A stretch of DNA of 32,000 bases, from the NCBI RefSeq assembly GCF_000025945.1, contig NC_006138.1, positions 2,010,001-2,042,000 of the forward strand, given 5' to 3'. Each line of letters starts with the position of its first letter. Within the stretch, counting starts at the first letter, position 1. The stretch is from Desulfotalea psychrophila LSv54. Lineage in GTDB: Bacteria > Desulfobacterota > Desulfobulbia > Desulfobulbales > Desulfocapsaceae. Below, piece by piece: positions 8,015 through 15,819 of the stretch. Below the pieces are notes generated by a model. That model ran no database searches. It had not been told where the DNA came from and worked only from the letters and a program-made list of their open reading frames with translations. The translations under genes and the position numbers were made by a program.

Positions 8015-9034
8015 TCAGGGCAATGTTTCAGCTAACATTGGCAGGTCAATAGCTGAGCGCCAACAGTTTCTTCCTGCATTTTTGGCCGCATAGAGGCGGG
8101 CATCGGCCACGCTTAGGAGGGTATTCAACTCAATATCTGCCTTGGGGATAACAGAGGAGACGCCAAGGCTAATTGTCAGTAATCCCTGTGGCTTATTGCG
8201 GGGATGGCTCACCTGAAGCCCGAGGACCTCATTTCTCATTCTTTCAGCTACATGTTCAGCCCCCTTTAGATCAGTATCGGGAAGAATAACAACAAACTCT
8301 TCTCCACCATAACGGGCAACCCTGTCCACGTGTCTCTTGACCGATTTGCATAGAGCATTGGCCACGGCCTTGAGGGCATTATCCCCGACAAGATGGCCAA
8401 AGCTATCGTTATATGCCTTGAAATTATCAACATCAATTAACAAAAGAGAGAGCTCTGAACCCAGGCGAAGGCTTCGCTGTAACTCCTCCTGGTATATCTC
8501 ATCGAAATATCTCCTGTTTAACAGGCCGGTCAAGCCATCCCGGGTTGACAGGAGGGTGAGCTGTTCATTTGTCTCCTCCAACTGTTGCTGGAGCTCTTCA
8601 AGCTCACAGAGACGATTGTCAAGTTCGATAGATTTTTTTTCAAGTTCTTCCTTGTGTTGATATAATTCAAGGAAAACTCCAATCTTACCCTTGAGAATAA
8701 CGGGTTCCAGTGGTTTGAAAAGATAGTCCACAGCTCCTGAATCATAACCTTTGAATATTTGTGCCTTTTCTTTATGTTCGGCGGTCACAAATATTATGGG
8801 AATGTTTTTGGTGTTTTTGTTGCACCGCATAAGTTCAGCTACCTCGTAGCCATCCATCCCTGGCATCTGTACATCGAGGAGAACAAGGGCAAAATCATGG
8901 TCAAGGGTTGCAGCCAGGGCCGCATTCCCTGAGGTGGCCTTGACTAGTTCTATCTCTGCATTGTCGATAAGTGATTCCAGGACCAAGAGGTTTTCCGGCC
9001 TGTCATCAACTATAAGAATTTTTATCTGTGTCAT
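8015..9034 (-). CDS. Response regulator with GGDEF output (diguanylate cyclase)
   Basis: The REC domain is visible (ILIVDDRPENL...LLDVQMPGMDGYEV...FKP). A coiled coil links it to a GGDEF domain with the active-site motif RYGGEEF. An RxxD I-site (RHVD) lies 5 residues upstream of that motif. Confidence 0.92.
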   Translation of the reverse strand: MTQIKILIVDDRPENLLVLESLIDNAEIELVKATSGNAALAATLDHDFALVLLDVQMPGMDGYEVAELMRCNKNTKNIPIIFVTAEHKEKAQIFKGYDSGAVDYLFKPLEPVILKGKIGVFLELYQHKEELEKKSIELDNRLCELEELQQQLEETNEQLTLLSTRDGLTGLLNRRYFDEIYQEELQRSLRLGSELSLLLIDVDNFKAYNDSFGHLVGDNALKAVANALCKSVKRHVDRVARYGGEEFVVILPDTDLKGAEHVAERMRNEVLGLQVSHPRNKPQGLLTISLGVSSVIPKADIELNTLLSVADARLYAAKNAGRNCWRSAIDLPMLAETLP

Positions 9035-9037
9035 TTT

Positions 9038-9610
9038 TTACTTTAGGGAGTCAATAAATTTCAAAAAAGGGGCAATTTCTTCAAGGATCAGGATATGGTC
9101 TGCATTGGTTTTTGCCAAGGCCGCCCGGGGCATTATATCGATAGCCGCTGTTTCCGGGGACTGGACAATGGTAAGCCCCCCATTTTTATAAATATCATTC
9201 AGGCCTGCAGCTCCGTCAGAATTGGCGCCAGTGAGAATGATACCTATGAGCTCGTCGCAGTAGGCGGCGGCAGCCGTTTGAAACAGACGGTCTATTGAGG
9301 GTCGGGAAAAATTCACCCGTTCATCCGCAGACAGGGCAATCGTCCGTTCCTCTTCGAGCAAAAGATGATAGTTCGGTGGGGCAAAATAGATAGTTCCCGG
9401 AGCAATAGGCTCCTTGTCATGAGCCTCTACCACGGTCAGCGAGCAGCACTCCTTGAAGAGGGGCACTAAATAGCTCTCTGGTTCATTGCCGATATGCTGA
9501 ACAATCAGGATGGGTGTTTGGAAATCTGCTTCTAGCTGTGATAATATCTGCTTTAGAGCATGAATGCCACCGGCCGAAGCACCTATAACAATTGCACTAT
9601 ACCTCTTCAT
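9038..9610 (-). CDS. cheB: CheB-type protein-glutamate methylesterase, catalytic domain only (no receiver domain)
   Basis: 190 aa. The Ser-His-Asp context is conserved (IGASAGG, LIVQHI, LTGANSDG). The ORF starts directly at the catalytic domain. Its stop lies 3 nt before the ATG of the GGDEF regulator. Confidence 0.85.
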   Translation of the reverse strand: MKRYSAIVIGASAGGIHALKQILSQLEADFQTPILIVQHIGNEPESYLVPLFKECCSLTVVEAHDKEPIAPGTIYFAPPNYHLLLEEERTIALSADERVNFSRPSIDRLFQTAAAAYCDELIGIILTGANSDGAAGLNDIYKNGGLTIVQSPETAAIDIMPRAALAKTNADHILILEEIAPFLKFIDSLK

Positions 9611-9624
9611 GGGTAGCGATCTTC

Positions 9625-10470
9625 CTAGGGCTTTAAACGTCTTTTGCGGTATATTTTTTCTCGGCCGGCCACTGCCTCAAAACTATCTGCTATCTTTGAA
9701 AATTGTATGCTCTCTTTTGATCCCAAACAGAGAAAACCACCCGGGCAGAGACTGTCGCAAAACAGCTGTAACACCTTTTCCTGCAGGTCTCGGTTAAAGT
9801 AGATCAACACATTTCGACAAAAAATAACATGCATTTCACCGAAAATGCCATCGGATACCAAATTATGGGAAGAAAATAGAACACGTTCTCTCAGGGAGCT
9901 TCTCAGTATCACATTGCTGTCATCGGCTGTATAGTAATCTGAAAAGTCATTTTTACCGCCGGATTTTATATAGTTAGAGGTGTACTCTCGTGCTACATCA
10001 AGGGGGTAGATGCCTTTGCGAGCTTTTTTGAGAATAAGTTCATTGAAATCAGTTGCATAGGTCTGGCTTCTTCTCTTCATGTCCTCCTCTTCCAGAAGAA
10101 TCGCCATTGAGTATACCTCCTGTCCGGCGGAACAGCCTGCATGCCAAATTTTGATGAAGGGATAGGTCAGCAAATGGGGGACAACAATATCTCTTACCGC
10201 CTTGTAAAACCAAGGATCTCTGAACATTTCCGTGACGTTAATCGAGAGATCTATCAGTAATTTTTTAAAGAACTCTTCCTCGTAGATAAGCTTATGCTGC
10301 ATCTCGGAAAAAGTTGTAAGGCCTGACAAAAGACGTCGGTGTTCCAGGCGTCTCTTGGTATGTGTGCCTGCATAATCCCGAAAATCATAACCATACTTTT
10401 GAAAAACAGCCTCGAGAAGCAGGGTGATTTCCAAGCGCTCATTTTCTATTTTTTCAGACGAGACACTCAT
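9625..10470 (-). CDS. cheR: CheR-type protein-glutamate O-methyltransferase
   Basis: I prefer the ATG at 10468-10470 (MSVSSEKIENERLEITLLLEAVFQKYGYDFRDY...), 1 nt after the kinase stop codon (10472-10474). The N-terminal 28 aa of the tracked ORF overlap the kinase and look non-coding. The SAM-binding signature IWHAGCSAGQEVYSMAILL and the downstream FCRNVLIYF motif are present. Confidence 0.87.
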   Translation of the reverse strand: MSVSSEKIENERLEITLLLEAVFQKYGYDFRDYAGTHTKRRLEHRRLLSGLTTFSEMQHKLIYEEEFFKKLLIDLSINVTEMFRDPWFYKAVRDIVVPHLLTYPFIKIWHAGCSAGQEVYSMAILLEEEDMKRRSQTYATDFNELILKKARKGIYPLDVAREYTSNYIKSGGKNDFSDYYTADDSNVILRSSLRERVLFSSHNLVSDGIFGEMHVIFCRNVLIYFNRDLQEKVLQLFCDSLCPGGFLCLGSKESIQFSKIADSFEAVAGREKIYRKRRLKP

Positions 10471-10471
10471 A

Positions 10472-13400
10472 TCAGTACAACCATACCCGCAACATTGAGA
10501 TGAGCTTGTCAGCATCCACAGGCTTGGCCAAATAATCACTGGCTCCGGCCTCAATACACTTACTTCGATCGCCCTTCATGGCCTTTGCGGTTAAGGCTAT
10601 TATGGGTAATTTTTTGTGCTGTATATTTTTGCGGATCTCCTGCATAGCCTCATAGCCATCCATTCGTGGCATCATTATATCCATTAAAACAGCATCAAAA
10701 TGGTCCTGCTCCTTTAATTTCTCAAGGCACTCAATACCGTCTCTTGCCACAACGATATTAATACCTCGTTCCTCTAGAACACTAGAAAGGGCAAAGACAT
10801 TGCGCATATCATCGTCAACAAGGAGGATCTTTCGACCTTTTAAAACAGCCTCCTTGTTGTGAATAAGCTTAAGCATCTGCTGTTTTTCTTCGGGTAAGTC
10901 TGCCTCGACCCTATGCAGAAAAAGGGCTGATTCGTCCAGCAGTCTCTCCGGTGACTTTACGCCTTTGACAATAATCGTTTCAGCATATTTATTGAGCTGT
11001 GCCTCTTCGGTTTGGGTAAGATCACGGCCCGTATAGATAATAATAGGAAGCCTGTAGAGAGATTCGCTTTGTCTGATTTTCTCCAGGAGTTCAAAGCCAG
11101 ACATATCTCCCAGGCCAAGATCAAGAATCATGCAATCATAGCGTTCTCTGTTCAGCTCAAGGATTGCTCCTGCCCCGGAATCAACGGCGGTGGTTTTAAC
11201 ATCAGAATTACCAATTAACTCTATGATGCTCTCACGTTGAATCTTGTCATCTTCCACAAGGAGTAGTCGCTTTACCGATCTTGAGATGACGTTTTCAAGC
11301 TTTGCTAAGGTCTCTTCGACTTTTTCCATGGATACAGGCTTTGTTAGGTAGCCGATGGCTCCCATGCGCATGGCATCCATGGAGCTGTCGGAGGCGGACA
11401 TAAAGTGAACCGGAATATGACGCAGTTTCGAATTATCCTTGAGACGCTCCATAACTGTCCAGCCATCAATACCTGGCAGGCCAATATCAAGTATTATGGC
11501 ACTGGGGGTATAATGATCTGCCAGAGCTAAGCCTGTTTCTCCGTCACTTGCCAAAATACAGGCAAAGCCACGATCCCTGCCTATATCCCGAAGTACCCGT
11601 GAAAAGTTTTCGTCATCTTCAATGATGAGCAGACTTTTGCTGTCACTGTTTATCTGCCCTCTATCGTCCTCTATGTCAACAGATGCTTTATTGGTTATAG
11701 GGCAAATAGTCTCTTCTTTAGAGGGGGGCGTTTTTTTAATTTCTTTGCGAGCAGGCTGTTTCTCGCCGTCTTCAGTTTCAAGCTTTTCCTCAGGGGTATC
11801 TGTTGCAATAGCCTGGTTGTTCAGAGGTAGTGTTATCCTAAAGGTGCTTCCTTCATCCTCAACAGAGCTGAGGGTGATAAAACCGCCCAACAGTTTAGTC
11901 AGCTCCTTGGATATGGAGAGTCCAAGTCCCGTTCCTCCGTATTTCCTGCTGGTGGAGCCATCTACCTGTTGGAAGGCTTCAAAGATATTTTGCTGCTGTG
12001 CCTGCGGTATGCCAATGCCATCATCTTTAACAGCAAAAACAATGGCCTTCTGTCCCTCAAGTCTTGTGTTCAGGAGTTGCTCTGCCGGAGCTGGCTCGAT
12101 TTCCAGGGAGACAGAGCCTTGCAGGGTAAACTTAAAGGAGTTTGTTATCAGATTACGTAGTACCTGCTGTAATCTCTGCGAATCTGTTTTTAGGGTCTGT
12201 GGTAACTGGGGGTTGAGAGTGATATCAAAGGATATACCTTTGTCGTGGGCCAGATCCTTATACAGCCTGTGCAGGTCAGCTTCAATTCGCTTGAAGGGAA
12301 TTTCTTCAATTATCAGCTCAACCTTACCCGCCTCCACCTTTGACAGATCAAGAATATCATTGATCAGGTTGAGTAACTCTGCCCCGGAGGAGTGGATTGC
12401 CCCTGCCGATTCAACCTGTTTATCGCTGAGGTTGCCTGCTTTATTGGTCGAAAGCAGTTGGGATAAGATAAGTATACTGTTAAGGGGCGTTCGGAGCTCA
12501 TGGGACATATTTGCCAGGAATTCTGACTTATATTTGCCGGATGTTTCCAGCTCGTCAACTTTTCCTTCGACAATCTTTTGGGCATCCAGCAGTTCAATGT
12601 TCTTGGTAGAAATTTCTTTTCTCTGTTTTTCCAGTGCCCCGGTTCTTTGCTGGAGTTCCTCGTTGGCAACCCGTAACTCCTCCTGTTGGGCCTGAAGTTC
12701 TGCCTCAGATTGCTTTAAGGCGCGGGTCTGTTCTTCAAGCTCCTCATTGGTAATCCGTAACTCTTCCTGTTGGGCTTGGAGCTCTGTCTCCGACTCTTTA
12801 AGGGCCCTTGCCTGGCTTCCCAGTGCCCTGTTAGAGGATGCCAGTTCTCGTTGTTGCTCCTGGGATTGGTCAAGAAGCGTAGCTATGCGCATTCTTGATT
12901 GGGCAGCATTGAGAATTACAGCAAGATTAGCAGAGCTTTGCTCAATAAAATCTCTCTGTATTTTTGTAAACCTGTTAATGGAGGCAAAGAGTATTACCCC
13001 GACAATATCACCCTCTATGGCGAGAGGCGCTGCAACGAAATAGCCGGGGATTTCTTCACCAATACCATAATTAATAGCAGGGGCATCCTCGACCAGGTTC
13101 GAGAAAGAGAGGAGCTCATTTTCTAAAGCTGCCTGGCCCACTAGGCCTTCACCGAATTTAAAGGTGCTGAAGTTGCCCTTTCTGTCGGAAAAGGCATAGG
13201 AGGAGCGTAGCTCTAGTATGTGGCCATCGTTGAGGTAAATCGCTCCCATGGCAATATTCATATGTTTAACAAAAAAGCGTATGGCTCTTTTGCTCAATTC
13301 ATCGAGGGCTAGGTCTCCGCGCAGGTCGTTGTCAAGAGATTCTCGTCCCGACTTCATCCAGTCAATCTTTTGCAGTTTTTCTGACATATTGTTCAGTGAA

Positions 13401-14548
13401 GCTGCCAGGGTGCCAAGCTCATCATTTCGTTCTATCTCAAGTCTTTCTCCGAGTTTGCCATGGGAGATATTATTGGCAAATTCAATTTCGGCAATAATAG
13501 GACGGGTGAAATTTCTTGAGAGTAACCAGGCAATAATACTTATAAAAAAGATACATACTACAACAACAAGGCCGAACTTTTTGTAAATTGCCCGGATTGG
13601 CGCAGTGATCTCATGGTTGTCAATTTTTGATATTAAATACCAGTCCAGCCCATCTATTTCGAGCAGGTTATAGGCTACAAGTACCTCTGTATCGGCGCTG
13701 TCGCTACACATACTGTGTCCGCCTGCCAGGCCAGCTTTCTCTGCATCAGCCCAGTAACTGAGGTTCTTGGTAAAGGTATAGCCGACAACAAATTTACCAT
13801 CCCCCATTGTTCTCAGGTTACTGCGTAATTCAAATTTACCAGTTTGATCTTGTGGGGTAATTATATATGATTCTCCTGTCTCCCCCATTCCGCGAGTAGA
13901 TTCAATAATCTGGGAGATGAAATCTGCGCTAAACCGTATCAGGATAACGCCTATTTTATGGTTATCCTCTCCAAAAACAGGATAGCCTATGAAGGCCATT
14001 TGCTTGCTACTATCATGGAAAAAAGGTTCGAAATCGGTGATCACAGTCCCCTCTGCGCCCAAGGCCTTCCGCCATGTTTTGGCCAGAACGGTGTCCTTGT
14101 ATTGGCGACTATCCAGCCGCTTCCATACGACTGCTTTTGTGTTCAGGGAAAATAAAACATCACCATGCTCCGCATCAATCAGATAGATATCTTCGTAATT
14201 ATAGCGCTTGGTATAGTTTGCCAGGTGTTCAGTAATGCCCTGAATTTTTTTACTAAAGGTAGCAAGTCCTTCGGGTTGACTGTGGTATTTCTTTAGAGCG
14301 GTGAAGGTGTTATACGTATCTTTGGAACTGGCAAAGACCTGAATGGCGGCAAGATCATTTACGAAATGATCTTCTATCTGGTCTCTGTGGATGTCTTGTA
14401 TTGATAAGAGCTTATTCGTTGCCTCTTGTACCAGAGAGGTTTCGGTCCATTGGCTGTATAAAAAGCCAATAATAATCAGGGGAAGAACCCCAGTTAAAAG
14501 AAAAAGAAACTGTAGCTTTAATCTAATTGGAACATTACTCAAGTGCAC
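10472..14548 (-). CDS. Hybrid sensor histidine kinase: TM-Cache-like periplasmic domain-TM-HAMP-GAF-long coiled coil-HisKA-HATPase-REC-REC-REC
   Basis: 1358 aa.
- Two TM helices flank a periplasmic region of about 300 aa with Cache-like strings (YEDIYLIDAEHGDVLFS; GESYIITPQDQTG).
- A HAMP domain follows TM2, then a GAF-like domain (GEGLVGQAALE...).
- The H-box is FLANMSHELRTPLNSI, and the N/G boxes are RNLITNSFKFT and DDGIGI...GGTGLGLSISK.
- Three receiver domains each keep the acceptor Asp and Lys context (ILDIGLPGIDG..TKP; ILDLGLGDMSG..VKG; LMDIMMPRMDG..AKP).
- The start is GTG at 14546-14548, with GGGGAAG just upstream. A TTG two codons later is an alternative start. Confidence 0.92.
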   Translation of the reverse strand: MHLSNVPIRLKLQFLFLLTGVLPLIIIGFLYSQWTETSLVQEATNKLLSIQDIHRDQIEDHFVNDLAAIQVFASSKDTYNTFTALKKYHSQPEGLATFSKKIQGITEHLANYTKRYNYEDIYLIDAEHGDVLFSLNTKAVVWKRLDSRQYKDTVLAKTWRKALGAEGTVITDFEPFFHDSSKQMAFIGYPVFGEDNHKIGVILIRFSADFISQIIESTRGMGETGESYIITPQDQTGKFELRSNLRTMGDGKFVVGYTFTKNLSYWADAEKAGLAGGHSMCSDSADTEVLVAYNLLEIDGLDWYLISKIDNHEITAPIRAIYKKFGLVVVVCIFFISIIAWLLSRNFTRPIIAEIEFANNISHGKLGERLEIERNDELGTLAASLNNMSEKLQKIDWMKSGRESLDNDLRGDLALDELSKRAIRFFVKHMNIAMGAIYLNDGHILELRSSYAFSDRKGNFSTFKFGEGLVGQAALENELLSFSNLVEDAPAINYGIGEEIPGYFVAAPLAIEGDIVGVILFASINRFTKIQRDFIEQSSANLAVILNAAQSRMRIATLLDQSQEQQRELASSNRALGSQARALKESETELQAQQEELRITNEELEEQTRALKQSEAELQAQQEELRVANEELQQRTGALEKQRKEISTKNIELLDAQKIVEGKVDELETSGKYKSEFLANMSHELRTPLNSILILSQLLSTNKAGNLSDKQVESAGAIHSSGAELLNLINDILDLSKVEAGKVELIIEEIPFKRIEADLHRLYKDLAHDKGISFDITLNPQLPQTLKTDSQRLQQVLRNLITNSFKFTLQGSVSLEIEPAPAEQLLNTRLEGQKAIVFAVKDDGIGIPQAQQQNIFEAFQQVDGSTSRKYGGTGLGLSISKELTKLLGGFITLSSVEDEGSTFRITLPLNNQAIATDTPEEKLETEDGEKQPARKEIKKTPPSKEETICPITNKASVDIEDDRGQINSDSKSLLIIEDDENFSRVLRDIGRDRGFACILASDGETGLALADHYTPSAIILDIGLPGIDGWTVMERLKDNSKLRHIPVHFMSASDSSMDAMRMGAIGYLTKPVSMEKVEETLAKLENVISRSVKRLLLVEDDKIQRESIIELIGNSDVKTTAVDSGAGAILELNRERYDCMILDLGLGDMSGFELLEKIRQSESLYRLPIIIYTGRDLTQTEEAQLNKYAETIIVKGVKSPERLLDESALFLHRVEADLPEEKQQMLKLIHNKEAVLKGRKILLVDDDMRNVFALSSVLEERGINIVVARDGIECLEKLKEQDHFDAVLMDIMMPRMDGYEAMQEIRKNIQHKKLPIIALTAKAMKGDRSKCIEAGASDYLAKPVDADKLISMLRVWLY
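12638..12805. repeat. Tandem 84-bp (28-aa) duplication inside the kinase coiled coil
   Basis: Unit 1 (12722-12805) encodes ALKESETELQAQQEELRITNEELEEQTR. Unit 2 (12638-12721) encodes ALKQSEAELQAQQEELRVANEELQQRTG. 20 of 28 residues are identical, the two units are in frame, and a third unit begins (ALEKQ...). By eye the DNA units match at roughly three quarters of positions. Confidence 0.85.
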
Positions 14549-14736
14549 ATCTTCCCCAAAAAATAGTTGTTATTCTTCTGATTCTGGGGGAAAAATTACA
14601 CCCAAACCAAGCCTGAAAGCATACAGCTGCACTGTACACAGTTGGTTGAAATACACAAGAGGATTAGTCGGTAAATAAGAGGGAGATTTGGGGCAGAGAG
14701 CAGGGTTGAAGGGAGTTAGCTCAAAGAGGGTTGGAT

Positions 14737-14774
14737 AAAAAAAAGCCCTTAACTCAAAGAAGAGCTAAGGGCTT
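14737..14774 (-). terminator. Rho-independent terminator after tRNA-Phe
   Basis: The minus-strand transcript reads AAGCCCUUAgcucuucuuugaguUAAGGGCUU followed by UUUUUUUU. That is a 9-bp stem plus an 8-U tract, starting 20 nt past the tRNA 3' end. Confidence 0.75.
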
Positions 14775-14793
14775 AATATCTTTTACCAATGAA

Positions 14794-14869
<76 letters not shown>

Positions 14870-14889
14870 ACCTCATTGCGTGAGGCAGA

Positions 14890-14918
14890 TATTTACCTAA
14901 TCTCTGCCCGACTGTCAA
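14890..14918 (-). promoter_or_regulatory. Candidate sigma70-type promoter for tRNA-Phe
   Basis: On the minus strand, TTGACA (14913-14918) is followed by a 17-nt spacer and TAAATA (14890-14895). The -10 element ends about 20 nt upstream of the mature tRNA 5' end. Confidence 0.45.
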
Positions 14919-14933
14919 TGCTTTTTTCTCTAT

Positions 14934-15773
14934 TTATTTCTTTTTATGCAGGGATAAGCCGCCCAAATCCAAGTCAAAATCAAGGTCGGCGTTCATATTG
15001 ACGCTACCATCGGGATTTAGGGAGTTGTTCGCTTTTCTGTCTACTGCTCCGGAGGAATCAGTGTCCGATGTTATATCATCGGCAAAGAGTGTATCCAGAT
15101 CCAGATCGTCTAAATCAAAACTTGCATGCCCATTGGACGGGGCTGGCTCTGAGGAGGACTCATCAAATGCTATCTCTTCATCAAGGTCAAAAAAGTCGTC
15201 CTCGGCCTCACCATTACCTGTGTAGTCCGGTTCAAGAAGGTCGTCGAGCTCTGTCAGACCGTCGGATGGTGGTGTCTCCATGTCTTGCGCAGGCCTTGTC
15301 TCTTCATCTGCAAAAAAGCCTTCGCTATCAGGGGGCAGATCAAATTCGTCGTCTGCCTTGCTATCGTCCTCATCCTCTCTTGCGGGGGGCTCTGGCTGCC
15401 CTTCTTCTGTCGATGCTTCGCTGGGCATTTCTGGCAATAAAAAATCAAAGTCAATCTCTTCATCCTCATCATCGAGGGGGAAGAGATCATCGTCAGTTTT
15501 ATCGGTGAGAAGAATATCAAGCTCGCTATCTACAGCCTCTTCGTTAAGAGCTCCGTTCTCGGCAGGAGAGTCATTGTTGGAGGCGTCGTCGGAGGCGTCG
15601 TCGGAGGTATCGTCGGAGGTATCGTCGGAGGTATCTACCTGTAAAAAAGTGGGGCTGGCGGCGTTGAATGTTCCGCCGCTAGCAGCAATGACTTCGTTGG
15701 AGAAATCTTTTTGACACTGTTTACAAGAGGTCAAATGATCAAATGAAATATACCCACACTTAGGACAACGCAT
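14934..15773 (-). CDS. Zinc-ribbon protein with a very long acidic low-complexity tail
   Basis: I prefer the ATG at 15771-15773 (MRCPKCGYISFDHLTSCKQCQKDF = CxxC-x10-CxxC), which has a GGAG-containing RBS (AGAGGAGA) about 4-5 nt upstream. About 250 aa dominated by D/E/S/T/P follow, with recurring [DE]-F-D-[LF]-type motifs (EIDFDFLL, DEFDLPP, DFFDLDEE, ASFDLDDLDLDTLF, DLDFDLDLGGLSL). The C-terminus is basic (HKKK). Confidence 0.7.
   Translation of the reverse strand: MRCPKCGYISFDHLTSCKQCQKDFSNEVIAASGGTFNAASPTFLQVDTSDDTSDDTSDDASDDASNNDSPAENGALNEEAVDSELDILLTDKTDDDLFPLDDEDEEIDFDFLLPEMPSEASTEEGQPEPPAREDEDDSKADDEFDLPPDSEGFFADEETRPAQDMETPPSDGLTELDDLLEPDYTGNGEAEDDFFDLDEEIAFDESSSEPAPSNGHASFDLDDLDLDTLFADDITSDTDSSGAVDRKANNSLNPDGSVNMNADLDFDLDLGGLSLHKKK
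15579..15635. repeat. 12-bp tandem repeat, about 4.75 copies, in frame within the acidic protein gene
   Basis: The plus strand reads GGAGGCGTCGTC GGAGGCGTCGTC GGAGGTATCGTC GGAGGTATCGTC GGAGGTATC. On the coding strand this encodes DDTS-DDTS-DDTS-DDAS-DDAS. Confidence 0.9.
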
Positions 15774-15819
15774 AAAATCTCCTCTTGAAAAAACAGACAT
15801 GCCCATGATCATTAGATGA

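Noticed and set aside
11622-12695. A 357-aa plus-strand ORF antisense to the histidine kinase. Similar long antisense ORFs lie at 15280-15714, 18358-18999, 22063-22695, 24606-25256 and 29217-29930.
   Set aside because: Each lies entirely inside a confidently identified gene on the other strand (kinase, acidic protein, valS, eno, nqrA, nqrE/F). They have Ser/Arg/Cys-rich low-complexity translations with no motifs and lack an RBS. These are typical shadow ORFs produced by the codon bias of the real gene.
14600-14640. Short palindromic pieces (ACTGT-GT-ACAGT, CAGCTG) upstream of the kinase gene as a possible operator.
   Set aside because: The arms are only 5-6 bp, and I could not place -35/-10 elements relative to them. 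The evidence is insufficient.
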